DNA of 64,000 bases from an uncultured Clostridia bacterium (GTDB taxonomy: Bacteria; Bacillota; Clostridia; TANB77; CAG-508). Of this stretch, positions 6,359-16,648 are shown piece after piece. The stretch lies in contig CAQUBD010000005.1 of assembly GCA_948891265.1 (NCBI GenBank), forward strand, positions 6,725-70,724, read 5' to 3'. The position numbers and the translations under genes are program-made. How positions within the stretch are numbered: position 1 is the stretch's first letter; every line of letters starts with the position of its first letter. A model generated the notes under the pieces. It was not told where the DNA came from and ran no database searches. It saw only the letters and a list, made by a program, of their open reading frames with translations.

Positions 6359-8968
6359 TTATTCAGTTCTTAATGCAATTACAGGGTCTTTTTTACTAGC
6401 AATTTTAGCTGGAATCAATCCTGCAATAATTGTTAAGAACATACTTATAAGAACTAATACAACCCCTGCAACAAATGGTACTGCTGTAACAACTCTAACT
6501 CCTGTAATAGCATAAATAAATCCATTTATTGGTATTGTTAATAATATTGTAATACCTATTCCTATAAGTCCTGAAATTAGTCCAACAATTAAAGTTTCTG
6601 CATTAAATACTCTTGAAATATCTTTTTTAGAAGCTCCTATTGATCTTAAAATTCCGATTTCTTTTGTTCTTTCAAGAACTGAAATATATGTTATAATACC
6701 AATCATTATTGATGATACTACTAAAGAAATTGAAACAAATGCTATTAATACATAACTTATAATATCTATAATTTGGCTTACTGATTTCATCATTGTTCCT
6801 ACTAAATCTGTATAATTTATTGTATTTTCTTCTTTTCCTTCATCTTTTTGTTTTTGATTATATTCTTCTATTGCATTTGATATTTTATCTTTTGCTTCAA
6901 AGTTTTTTGGATATATACTAATTGATGTTGGTGTATTAATATCAACTGCTCCTAAAGTTTTTAAGTTTTTTTCATAACTTGCATTTTTATTAGCAGAATA
7001 TGTCTCCATCATTTTTGCTATTTCTTCACTACTTAATTTGCTCATTGCCATTCTTTGTTCTGTTGTTAAATTATTCATTGTATAATTTTCTTTTTCATGT
7101 TCTGCTGGAAATTTTAATCCAGAAAATACATTAGTTTCTTTATTTTCTTTTTGCTCTTTTACTATTTCAGCTTCATTTGACTTATTTACTACATATTCTT
7201 TTAATTGTTTTGTATATCCAACGCCACTAGTTACTGCTGTAGCAACACTTTGCTCATTTTGTTTTATTATTCCTACTATTTTTATACTTTCTGCATCTTT
7301 TATTTTCTCTTTTAAATATTGTTCATTATCTTCTTGATTTATCCATAATCCATTTTCTTTTTTATAATAATCTGAATTTAGTAACACTTTAAAAGTTAAA
7401 CCTAATAAATCATCATATTCATAAACTGTTTCTTCATTATTTTCTTCAATTTTTTCTCCATTTTCAACAGCTTTCCATTTTTCTTTTAGTTCCGCTTGAT
7501 CTTTTAGTCCTAAAGAATAAAGTGTGTAATCATCTATTCTTCCATCTTCTTTTAAAATTAAAACAACTTCATTATATTCTTTTGGCCAATTACCTTTAAT
7601 CAAATCAAATTGAGATTCTAATAATTCCTGATTGTCTAACATTTCTATAAATATATCTGTATTTGTCATCATTGAACTTCCAAACATAGATGCCATTGAA
7701 GAATTATTTGAAGCTTCTATCATTTCTCCCATTCCAAAGGCATTCATTACAGTACTTGGATTTACTTTTACAACTCCATTTTCTGTATTTTCCTTATATA
7801 AGTTTATATTTAAGTCATATCCATAGCTTATACTATTACTATTATTTGATATTTCATTATTTCCTGCATCTATATATTTTTTTAGTTCTGTTAAATTATT
7901 ATTTTCCTTTTTATTAGAAAGAGTTGTTATCATTTCATTCATTATATCTGCTGAATGTACTTTTCCATCATCATTATTGTTTTCATCATCTGATGTTCCC
8001 ATCATTGATTCCATCATACTTGCCATATCTATTGTTGATTCTTCTATTGTTATTGGGTATGAAGATAATGTATCTTCTTCTACTTTATTAATATAATTTT
8101 GTACACCTGTTGATATTGCTAAAATTAGTGCAATTCCTATTATCCCTATACTTCCTGCAAAAGATGTTAAAATTGTTCTTCCTTTTTTTGTCATTAAATT
8201 ATTTAAACTTAGTCTAAATGCTGTAAAGAATTTCATTGATGTTCTTTTTTTAGTTTTGTCTTTTACATTTTCATCTTTATTTTCTTCATTTTTGATAGGA
8301 TTTGAGTCATCTGTAATTTTTCCATCTAATATTTTTATTATTCTACTAGAATATTTTTCTGCTAATTCTGGATTGTGTGTAACCATTATAATTAACTTAT
8401 TTTTTGATATTTTTTTCAATATTTCCATTACTTGCACACTTGTTTTTGTGTCTAGTGCCCCTGTAGGTTCGTCTGCTAAAATTATATCTGGATTATTTAC
8501 TAAAGCTCTTGCTATTGCAACTCTTTGCATTTGACCACCTGATAATTGGTTTGGTTTTTTATGTATTTGTTCTTTTAGTCCAACATCTTCTAAAGCTTTT
8601 ATTGCTCGGTTTCTTCTTTCCTTTTTTGATACTCCTGATATTGTTAATGCAAGTTCTACATTTGATAATACTGTTTGATGGCTTATTAAATTATAGCTTT
8701 GAAATACAAATCCTACAGAATAATTTCTGTATGCATCCCAGTCTCTGTCCTTAAAGTCTTTTGTTGATTTTCCATTTATAACTAAGTCCCCTGAAGTGTA
8801 TCTATCTAGTCCACCTATAATGTTTAATAATGTTGTTTTTCCACATCCACTTTGTCCAAGTATAGATACAAATTCAGATTCTCTAAATTGTATGTCTATT
8901 CCTTTTAGTGCTTCTACTTTTTCATCTCCACTTATATATGTTTTTCTAATATTTTTTAGTTTTAACAT
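6359..8968 (-). CDS. MacB-like ABC transporter, fused ATPase + FtsX-type permease
   Basis: N-terminal Walker A GQSGCGKTT, LSGGQMQRVAIARAL, Walker B ILADEPTGALD; C-terminal FtsX-like TM bundle. Confidence 0.85.
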   Translation of the reverse strand: MLKLKNIRKTYISGDEKVEALKGIDIQFRESEFVSILGQSGCGKTTLLNIIGGLDRYTSGDLVINGKSTKDFKDRDWDAYRNYSVGFVFQSYNLISHQTVLSNVELALTISGVSKKERRNRAIKALEDVGLKEQIHKKPNQLSGGQMQRVAIARALVNNPDIILADEPTGALDTKTSVQVMEILKKISKNKLIIMVTHNPELAEKYSSRIIKILDGKITDDSNPIKNEENKDENVKDKTKKRTSMKFFTAFRLSLNNLMTKKGRTILTSFAGSIGIIGIALILAISTGVQNYINKVEEDTLSSYPITIEESTIDMASMMESMMGTSDDENNNDDGKVHSADIMNEMITTLSNKKENNNLTELKKYIDAGNNEISNNSNSISYGYDLNINLYKENTENGVVKVNPSTVMNAFGMGEMIEASNNSSMASMFGSSMMTNTDIFIEMLDNQELLESQFDLIKGNWPKEYNEVVLILKEDGRIDDYTLYSLGLKDQAELKEKWKAVENGEKIEENNEETVYEYDDLLGLTFKVLLNSDYYKKENGLWINQEDNEQYLKEKIKDAESIKIVGIIKQNEQSVATAVTSGVGYTKQLKEYVVNKSNEAEIVKEQKENKETNVFSGLKFPAEHEKENYTMNNLTTEQRMAMSKLSSEEIAKMMETYSANKNASYEKNLKTLGAVDINTPTSISIYPKNFEAKDKISNAIEEYNQKQKDEGKEENTINYTDLVGTMMKSVSQIIDIISYVLIAFVSISLVVSSIMIGIITYISVLERTKEIGILRSIGASKKDISRVFNAETLIVGLISGLIGIGITILLTIPINGFIYAITGVRVVTAVPFVAGVVLVLISMFLTIIAGLIPAKIASKKDPVIALRTE

Positions 8969-9128
8969 AAGCTACTCCCTTCATTATTTTTCACTTGACT
9001 TTATTTTTCATATTATATTATACTTTTGTGTTCAAATTGTGAATTTTAATCATACTTTTATTATTTTTGTTAACCCTTATTTACATTCTTCGTTTTATAT
9101 TATGAATATACCACAAAAGGAGTAAAAT

Positions 9129-9887
9129 ATGAAACGAAAAAAGAAGAAAAAAATATGTATTTTTCTAATAATTATTATACTATATATTATCTTAAAAAAT
9201 ATGTCTTTTAATGAAATATCATCTAACTTAAATAGATTTATTTATAGAATTACAAATACTTCAGAATATAAAATTGTTAAGCAAGATACAAATGCAAATT
9301 ATTCTGGAATAGGCCAAGAAAAAATTGAAAATAGAGATGGTTTTTTTACTAAATTTACAACTATTGAAAATAATAAAAAAGTTTATATAGAATATAAGCA
9401 AAATGTATCTCCTTGGAGTAATCATGAATATTGGGGTGGTACTATGGCTGAAAATGGCTGTGGAATTACTTCAATTGCAACAATTCTAAGTGGATATGGT
9501 AAAAGCTGTACTCCAGAAATTCTTAGACAAAAATATTATCCTGTTCTAAATTATGATGATCTTTCAAAAGAATTGTCTAATACATTTAATATTAAAAATA
9601 CAGATTTTTATTATGACAGTACTCATTTTTCTAAGAAAAATTTACAAGAACATTTGAAAACTAATAGACCTATATTAGTTTGTGTATGGAATAAACCACA
9701 TGATAATCGCTGGACAACATCTTCACATTATATGGTACTACTTGCAACCGATGATAAAGATATGGTTTATGTTTCTAACCCTAATGGTGGTTTTAATGAT
9801 AGTAAAAGTTCTGGTTGGTATAAGTTTGAAGAAATAACTCCTTATATTGCAAAGGCATTATATATAGAAAGTTACAAAGGCCTGTAA
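9129..9887 (+). CDS. membrane-anchored papain-like (C39-like) cysteine peptidase domain protein
   Basis: N-terminal TM, then AENGCGITSIATILSGYG (catalytic Cys context) and SSHYMVLLATDD (His context). Confidence 0.55.
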   Translation: MKRKKKKKICIFLIIIILYIILKNMSFNEISSNLNRFIYRITNTSEYKIVKQDTNANYSGIGQEKIENRDGFFTKFTTIENNKKVYIEYKQNVSPWSNHEYWGGTMAENGCGITSIATILSGYGKSCTPEILRQKYYPVLNYDDLSKELSNTFNIKNTDFYYDSTHFSKKNLQEHLKTNRPILVCVWNKPHDNRWTTSSHYMVLLATDDKDMVYVSNPNGGFNDSKSSGWYKFEEITPYIAKALYIESYKGL

Positions 9888-9923
9888 AAAATAATTATTT
9901 TTTACAGTTCCTTTTTCACCTCC

Positions 9924-10445
9924 TTATTTTACTAACATTTTTTCATATTCTTTAAAGTTTGGTTCATATTTTTCTAACATGTTAATAAAACTTTTACAAT
10001 GATTTTTATATTTTAGATGGCAATATTCATGTAGTACTATATAATCTATAACATCTCTATCATATTTTACAATTTCAGGATTTATTGTTATTTTATTATT
10101 TTCGCATCTTCCAAAATCATTACTCATTTTTCTTATTTCGTAATCTTCTGGTGCAAATCCCATTAATATTCTTGTTTTTTCCATTGCTCTTTCTACTTCT
10201 ACTTTTGCTATTTGTTCATACATTTTATCTATTGCTATATCTAATATTTTTTCATTGTTCGTTTTTTTATATTTGCTTGGTAGTGATATTTTTATAATTT
10301 TATCTTCTACATTTAGTTCAGCAAATTTTATATTTTTGTATATTATTTTAACTTTGTAATCTGTTCCTAATACTGGAACTGGATGTCTTTCAGCTGCTTC
10401 TTCTATTGTTATTTTTAAGTTTATTTTCTTTGTCATTATTCTCAT
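9924..10445 (-). CDS. YgjP-like (DUF45, M48-related) metal-dependent hydrolase
   Basis: HEYCHLKYKNH zinc motif near the C-terminus, plus size. Confidence 0.65.
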   Translation of the reverse strand: MRIMTKKINLKITIEEAAERHPVPVLGTDYKVKIIYKNIKFAELNVEDKIIKISLPSKYKKTNNEKILDIAIDKMYEQIAKVEVERAMEKTRILMGFAPEDYEIRKMSNDFGRCENNKITINPEIVKYDRDVIDYIVLHEYCHLKYKNHCKSFINMLEKYEPNFKEYEKMLVK

Positions 10446-10624
10446 TTTATATCACTCCTTACAAATTTTCGTTTTCCAAATTATTGTTCGTTTTGTTGTT
10501 CTTATTTTATATTCTTTTTTTATAATTGTCAATACTTTTTTATAAAAAAATCGAAAATTTTGTTCGCATTTATTTACTCTTCTTAAAACAACACAAAGGC
10601 AGGTTTTTCCTGCCTTTTACTTTT

Positions 10625-11167
10625 TTATTTCTTATCTAACCATTCATAATATTTAACTAAATATTCCCAACATCCTTCTTTATCTGTTATACCATCATAA
10701 TTATTTTTTACTCTTTCGATGATTTCATCTTTATCAATCCATTTCACTTCTGAAACTTCATCTTCCTGTAATTTCAATTTTGTTTCATCAACATCTCTAT
10801 TTATTATATAAAATTCATTAAAGTGATTAGCTATAATGTCTTTTTTCTCGCTTGTTGAAATAGCAGATCCTATAAAAGTAATATCTTCTTTATTTATATC
10901 AAGTCCTAGTTCTTCTTTTATTTCTCTTATAATTGCTTCAAAGCCAAATTCTCCTGCTAATACATGTCCTCCTGCTGTTACATCCCATGTGTTTGGCCAC
11001 ATTCTTTTATTTGCACTTCTTTTTTGTAGTAATACTTGGTTTTTAGAATTTATTATAAAAACAGCTACAGCTTTATGATATAGTCCTGTTTTATGACATA
11101 CTTTTCTACTTTCGGTTTTTCCTATATAATTTCCTTTTTCATCTAATATATCAAAATTTTCTTCCAT
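10625..11167 (-). CDS. NUDIX hydrolase (IDI-like)
   Basis: Nudix box GGHVLAGEFGFEAIIREIKEELGL. Start moved to MEENFDIL after a GGAAGGGGAG RBS. Confidence 0.75.
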   Translation of the reverse strand: MEENFDILDEKGNYIGKTESRKVCHKTGLYHKAVAVFIINSKNQVLLQKRSANKRMWPNTWDVTAGGHVLAGEFGFEAIIREIKEELGLDINKEDITFIGSAISTSEKKDIIANHFNEFYIINRDVDETKLKLQEDEVSEVKWIDKDEIIERVKNNYDGITDKEGCWEYLVKYYEWLDKK

Positions 11168-11214
11168 ATTTACTCCCCTTCCTTTCGCTTTGTTCATCAT
11201 TAAATTTTGAGTAT

Positions 11215-11748
11215 TTATCTCCATCTATCTTCATTAATAAACTTAGTCAAAGCCATAACAAAAGCCATTTCTGTCAAATCAATTCTTGATATTTTATTAT
11301 GTGATAATAGTTGGATTCCTCCACCTTTATTATGTCTCTCATCATCTTTTTCAAAAATTTTATTCATAACTTGGCTTAGATCTGTATCTATTATATCTTG
11401 AACTAATTTTTCTGGCACAGGAAATGATGGACTTGAACCATAACTTTCAAAGTATTCATTATCTTCAATTACTGCAATATGTGTAATCATCCATCTTCCT
11501 AATGAATTATTTATTCCGCTTTCTATTGACAAGTATAAATCTGCTTTTATATTATTTTCTTTCGCATATTTTTTTAAGTTTTTAACTCTGTTTTTAGCTC
11601 CATTATATATTTCTTCATTTACAGGTTGTTCACTAACATTTGATTCTACTGGAATTCCTACAATTTCAATATCTTTAAAATAGTTTAATAATGCTCTTTT
11701 TGCCCCTTCTATTTTTCCTTGATTTTTAGTTCCTATTAATACTTTCAT
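11215..11748 (-). CDS. non-canonical purine NTP phosphatase (YjjX/DUF84-like)
   Basis: MKVLIGTKNQGKIEGAKRAL... after a GGGAGA RBS; family-typical N-terminus and length. Confidence 0.6.
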   Translation of the reverse strand: MKVLIGTKNQGKIEGAKRALLNYFKDIEIVGIPVESNVSEQPVNEEIYNGAKNRVKNLKKYAKENNIKADLYLSIESGINNSLGRWMITHIAVIEDNEYFESYGSSPSFPVPEKLVQDIIDTDLSQVMNKIFEKDDERHNKGGGIQLLSHNKISRIDLTEMAFVMALTKFINEDRWR

Positions 11749-11762
11749 ATTTTCTCCCATTA

Positions 11763-12329
11763 TTATCTATATTTCTCTAACTTCTCATTTAATTTTTTAT
11801 ATACATTCTCCACCATCCATTTGTCACTTGCTACTTTTTTAACATCTTCAATATTAATCCATTTAACTCCACTATTTTCATCTTCTTTTATGTGTAATAT
11901 TTCATTTTCATCAACTTCTAAAAGATATGTTAAATTCAAATGTACATGTGATGATACATATTTTCCTCTCTTTACATGCCCATTAACATATACTATCTCT
12001 AATGAAAAAATATTGTCGTCAAGTACTTTTACATTTTTAACTCCAGTTTCTTCTTTTAATTCACGAATAGCTGTACCTAATAAATCTGATTCTCCATCAG
12101 CATGACCTCCTGTCCATGCCCATGAATTATATATGTTATGATATATCATTAATACTTTTGTTTTTTCTTTATTTACTGCCCATGATGATGCTGTAAAGTG
12201 TCCAAATTCGTTGTTTCTTGTTAGTACATCATCAAATGTGTTTATGTATTTTAATATTACTTCTTTGTCTTTTTCTTCTTGTTCATTGTATGGTTTATAG
12301 TTTTCTATTTGTTCTTTTAGGTTCTTCAT
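11763..12329 (-). CDS. NUDIX hydrolase
   Basis: Nudix box GGHADGESDLLGTAIRELKEETG. Confidence 0.75.
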   Translation of the reverse strand: MKNLKEQIENYKPYNEQEEKDKEVILKYINTFDDVLTRNNEFGHFTASSWAVNKEKTKVLMIYHNIYNSWAWTGGHADGESDLLGTAIRELKEETGVKNVKVLDDNIFSLEIVYVNGHVKRGKYVSSHVHLNLTYLLEVDENEILHIKEDENSGVKWINIEDVKKVASDKWMVENVYKKLNEKLEKYR

Positions 12330-12344
12330 TTTTATCCTTCTTTC

Positions 12345-13028
12345 TTATTTAAAATATTCGTAAATAACTATGTTTTGTTTTATAATATTACTATTAATCT
12401 TATTTCCTATTTCACGTCCCCATATATTTTCAAATACTTTTTTTGCTATATCTTTATTATCAAATTTGAAGTAAGTTTCAAATTTGTTAATACAATTAAA
12501 TTGTTGTTCTTCTATCCAATCATTATATTCTTTAGTTCTTCTAATATCTGGATATCTATTTCTGATTTCTTCAAATTCTCCTCCAATATCATTTTCAACT
12601 AAATAGATACTACCATTTTTCTTGATAATTCTTTTCATTTCGTCTAAAACTTGTTTTCTTCTATTTACTTCTAAAATAGTTCCTAATACCCAAGTTGAAA
12701 TAATAATATCTACTGAATTGTTAGGTAATGGTATATTTTCTGCACTACAACATATAAATTCAACATTGCTACTTTTTACTTTTTCTTTAGCTGTATTTAT
12801 TTGCTCTTTTGATAAATCTAATCCATAATATTTTTTTGCATCTTTATAGAATTTTTGCATAAATTTTCCTGTTCCACATCCTAAATCTAATACTATCTTG
12901 TCTTTTATTTTTGGATATAGGCATTCATATATTTTGTTTGGATAATCTTCTGCTATACTAAATATTTCATATACATCATTTTCTTCATAATAGTTTTTTG
13001 ATTTTTCTGATAAATTAAAATTATTCAT
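12345..13028 (-). CDS. class I SAM-dependent methyltransferase
   Basis: Motif I VLDLGCGTGKF. Start overlaps the ATP-grasp stop. Confidence 0.8.
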   Translation of the reverse strand: MNNFNLSEKSKNYYEENDVYEIFSIAEDYPNKIYECLYPKIKDKIVLDLGCGTGKFMQKFYKDAKKYYGLDLSKEQINTAKEKVKSSNVEFICCSAENIPLPNNSVDIIISTWVLGTILEVNRRKQVLDEMKRIIKKNGSIYLVENDIGGEFEEIRNRYPDIRRTKEYNDWIEEQQFNCINKFETYFKFDNKDIAKKVFENIWGREIGNKINSNIIKQNIVIYEYFK

Positions 13029-14032
13029 CCTGTTTCCCCCTTGTTTCTGGGAATATCATATCTACCATATATTTTGCAACATTTCTAGGTTCTCCTTCGC
13101 TTGGTCTCATATGCATATGTATTCCTGGAACTGTGTTTACTTCTACAATATTATACATATCTGCGGTTTGCACAGCTTGAATATCTTTACTCATATAGTC
13201 AATTCCTACATAAGATAAGCCAGAAAAAGTATCTAGAATCTTTTTGCAATTTTCTATAACTGAATTATGTATTTTGTCAGTATAATCAATGCATAACCCA
13301 CCTTTTGCGACATTTGAATTATGTCTTAAATATACTTTTTCATTTTGATTTGGTATATCTTTCATTGAAATATTGTTTTTTTTCATATAACTTTGTGTAA
13401 TTTCATCAACTGCAATTGGACATAAGCAATTTACTCTTTCTTTTCTTTTTTCGTTTTCTATTTCTATAAGTTCTGATATAGAATGTTTACCATCTCCTAT
13501 TATATGCGCTGGTTCTCTATGTAAAACTGCATATTTTCCTTCTTTTGTTAGAAATACTCTATACTCTTTACCATTAAATTGTCTTTCTATTATAAATGCA
13601 GTTTTTAATGTATTTACAAACACATTTTGAACAATATCTTTGAGTTCTTCTTCATCTTCTATGTCCATATATATATTGTCTCCATGAGATCCGAAAAACT
13701 GGTTTAATTACAATAGGAAATCCTATTTTTTTAGCATATAATATTGATAATTCCCATTCGTTTGGTAAAAATTTTTCTCCTATTGGCACACTTATTCCAT
13801 TTTGCTCAAGAATTCTTTTTGTTATATATTTATCTCCACATATAATAGAAACAGAGTATGGTGTAATAGAAGAATCTCTGTCTAGAATCCATTCTATATG
13901 ATTTTCATACTCTGCTTTTATAAGCTCTATTTCTTTATAGATAATATTAACATTAATTCCTCTTGATTGCATTTCCTCTATTAATAATCTTTGATTTGTG
14001 TGCAATTCTAATAATTCAGAATTATCTACCAT
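13021..14032 (-). CDS. ATP-grasp ligase, continuous only with a +1 shift at CGG 13691-13693 (otherwise a pseudogene)
   Basis: Track pieces 13652-14032 and 13021-13668 overlap. GTT TTT CGG ATC read as GTT TTT (C)GGA TCT gives VIKPVFGSHGDNIYMDIEDEEEL, the ATP-grasp GSxG loop. Confidence 0.8.
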
Positions 14033-14208
14033 TATCTAACTTCACCATTCATCCTTTCTAAATCTTTGCTTAATTCTTCTATAACTCTTCTCCTATTATC
14101 GCCAATATCATTATTTATTGAACCTGTTTTAAATCTTACTTGCTTAAAAAAGTTATCTCTTTCTATTGAAAAATTCTTAAATCTGCTTTCTCCTCTTGAT
14201 TCTGACAT
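14032..14208 (-). CDS. small hydrophilic protein, 58 aa (MSESRGESRFKNFSIERDNFFKQVRFKTGSINNDIGDNRRRVIEELSKDLERMNGEVR)
   Basis: GGAGGGA RBS 6 nt upstream. Its TAA overlaps the ATP-grasp ATG (TAATG). Below the track cut-off. Confidence 0.5.
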   Translation of the reverse strand: MSESRGESRFKNFSIERDNFFKQVRFKTGSINNDIGDNRRRVIEELSKDLERMNGEVR

Positions 14209-14221
14209 ATTAATCCCTCCT

Positions 14222-15154
14222 TTAGATTATAATTACACTGTCAATGCAATTATCTATTACACTTTTAAATTCTCTTTCTAAATATTTAATCTTTAGTTTA
14301 TCAAATAAGTGTCTTCTAAATATTGGATTATCTATTTCGCTTCTATATTTAGCGTTTTGAACATCATATAAATATGCACAAACTATCTTGTTATTTTCAT
14401 TTTTAAAGTCTTTCATAATGTTATTTATGTATTCTTTTAGATAATTTGATTTTATATTATATATGTTCTTAATGTAATCACTGATATTTGACATTAATAT
14501 TATATCGTAATTTACTATATTTGACAAGCCTAATTTACTGATATCTTTAAAATTACAGTTTATTAAAATTATTTCTTTTTGTTTTAAATTCTCTTTTGCT
14601 ATATTATAATCTGTTTCATTTTTTAAATATAAGTTTGAATTTAATTTTACATCATTATTATCATATTTATTATTGAATATATATGAATTTCTTAGCCTAT
14701 ATCCATTATTATCAAAATTTTTATACATCATATCCCAATATTGTATTGCATTGTCTGTTAGATGTATTCTTAATTTATTCTTATATACTGCATAATCTAA
14801 TGCTTTTTTATTTTTATTTACATTATTTTCTTCATTTATCATAAAAAATTGCAAAAATGCTTCATATTCTAATTGTTCTAATGCAACTAATTTTAGCTCT
14901 GTAAATATTAATGCTAAATAATTTATATCGAATCCAGAAACAGATTTAGCACCCTTATAAAAAGCATTTATAATATGGTCTCCTGAAGCCGAAACAGTTA
15001 ATATATCCTTATTTTCAAAATTCATATATTGAAAATATCCTGCTATATTCTCAGTAGTAAATGAATATATTTGAGATAAATTACTGAAATTATTTATATC
15101 TATATTTTCTAATTTAAATTTTTGCTGTTGCTTACTTATATATTTTATAATCAT
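14222..15154 (-). CDS. DUF3419 / BtaA-like SAM-binding protein
   Basis: TVSASGDHIINAFYKGAKSVSGFDINYLALIFTELKLVALEQLEYEAFLQFF resembles the DUF3419 N-terminal core. Confidence 0.45.
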   Translation of the reverse strand: MIIKYISKQQQKFKLENIDINNFSNLSQIYSFTTENIAGYFQYMNFENKDILTVSASGDHIINAFYKGAKSVSGFDINYLALIFTELKLVALEQLEYEAFLQFFMINEENNVNKNKKALDYAVYKNKLRIHLTDNAIQYWDMMYKNFDNNGYRLRNSYIFNNKYDNNDVKLNSNLYLKNETDYNIAKENLKQKEIILINCNFKDISKLGLSNIVNYDIILMSNISDYIKNIYNIKSNYLKEYINNIMKDFKNENNKIVCAYLYDVQNAKYRSEIDNPIFRRHLFDKLKIKYLEREFKSVIDNCIDSVIII

Positions 15155-16098
15155 TACTCTCTCCTATTTACTGGGCATCCTTTTATTTGATTTTCTTGTA
15201 TATATTTTAAATATTTTTGTATTGGTTCTGATTTTATAATTTGCGTAAATGTACTATTTTTTAGTGTTAATTTTGATTTATATTTTGGTTCTTTTGACAC
15301 TATCCATGTACATGGAGATACTTGCCCTAAATTATTAATATATATAAATTTGCTTATAGCGGGACAAATTCCTTCCTGATTTTTACATATTCTACTTTCT
15401 GTAAAACTATATTTAACTTGTATTTGTTGTTTGTACTTTATTCCTAATTTTTCAATCTCTTCTTTTACACTATCTATAGTTCTTTTAGAAATAATAGTTT
15501 CGTCTCCTTCTAATCTTCCAACCGCTTCCATAAATGAAAATATAATTTCATTTGCTTTTAATTCTATTGCTAACTTTACTATTTCTTCTAATTTATCCTC
15601 GTTTTGCTTATATATTACAGTTCCAATTCTTGTATATACATTATTTTCCGTTAAATATCTTATTCCTCTTAATGTTTTTTCAAATGTATTTTCTCCTCTT
15701 ACATACTCATGTGAATATTTATTGTTTCCATCTAAACTAACATGTACCATTGGGAAATTAATATTTTTAAGTTCTTGCGCAATTTCATTTGTAATTAATG
15801 ATGCATTTGTTGATATGTCCATATCAAATCCTAATTTACTTGCATATTTTAATATTTCTATCATATCTTTTCTTGTGAATGGCTCTCCACCTGTAAACTT
15901 AATATATGTAAAATTATTTTCTTTTAACTCCTTTATTGTTTTCATTACTTCTTCTGTATTTAATTCATCTTCATATTTTTTTGATTCACTACTAAATATA
16001 CAATAACTACAATGATAATTACAGGTATTAGTTATCTCCCATAAGGCTCTACCACCATTTTCTGGTATTCTAAATAAACAAAATGGATATCTATTCAT
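15154..16098 (-). CDS. radical SAM protein with C-terminal Cys-rich (SPASM/twitch-like) region
   Basis: CNYHCSYC CxxxCxxC motif, GGEPF, C-terminal CPAISK...SPCTW...GCP. Confidence 0.8.
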   Translation of the reverse strand: MNRYPFCLFRIPENGGRALWEITNTCNYHCSYCIFSSESKKYEDELNTEEVMKTIKELKENNFTYIKFTGGEPFTRKDMIEILKYASKLGFDMDISTNASLITNEIAQELKNINFPMVHVSLDGNNKYSHEYVRGENTFEKTLRGIRYLTENNVYTRIGTVIYKQNEDKLEEIVKLAIELKANEIIFSFMEAVGRLEGDETIISKRTIDSVKEEIEKLGIKYKQQIQVKYSFTESRICKNQEGICPAISKFIYINNLGQVSPCTWIVSKEPKYKSKLTLKNSTFTQIIKSEPIQKYLKYIQENQIKGCPVNRRE

Positions 16099-16648
16099 AT
16101 AATCCCTCTTTCTTTAAAATTTCTTCATACTCCCTTTTCTTTGGATTACTACTTGTATCTATTATAAAGAACTCTTTTTTTAGGTTCTTTGCTTTTTCTA
16201 TCTTTTGTTTATTTGTTAATTGTAAATTTATTCTTTTGGTAACTTCTTCTTTTCCTAAATCTCCGTTTTCTAATCTTTTTATCTGAATTTCTTTTGGGCA
16301 ACAAACAATTATTATACTATCTACAATGTCATATAAATCATCTTCTAAAAGTAATGCCCATTCTATAAATATAACTCCATCATTTTTGTTTATTTGCTCA
16401 TTTAGGTATTTTCTTATTTTAGGGTTTATATATTTTTTGTATTCCTCCATTGCTTTTTTATCGTTATATATCTTCTGATTTAAATATTCCCTATCTATGT
16501 TTTCTTTTTCTAATATTTTCCTTCTAATGTCATCTATGTCTAAAAATGTAGCTTGAATTTCCTTCTCACCACATATCTTTTTAAACTCATTTATGGCATA
16601 ACTTTTTCCGCTTCCAATTGAGCCTGTTATTCCTATTACTTTTTTCAC
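16091..16648 (-). CDS. coaE: dephospho-CoA kinase-like P-loop kinase
   Basis: GTG start after GGGAGA; IGITGSIGSGKSY Walker A; CoaE-like length. Confidence 0.65.
   Translation of the reverse strand: MKKVIGITGSIGSGKSYAINEFKKICGEKEIQATFLDIDDIRRKILEKENIDREYLNQKIYNDKKAMEEYKKYINPKIRKYLNEQINKNDGVIFIEWALLLEDDLYDIVDSIIIVCCPKEIQIKRLENGDLGKEEVTKRINLQLTNKQKIEKAKNLKKEFFIIDTSSNPKKREYEEILKKEGLYE

Noticed and set aside
6258-6515. Plus-strand ORF of 85 aa after the alien gene
   Set aside because: It runs through the terminator hairpin and then antisense into the ABC transporter. Only its RBS-ATG looks real, probably a truncated remnant.
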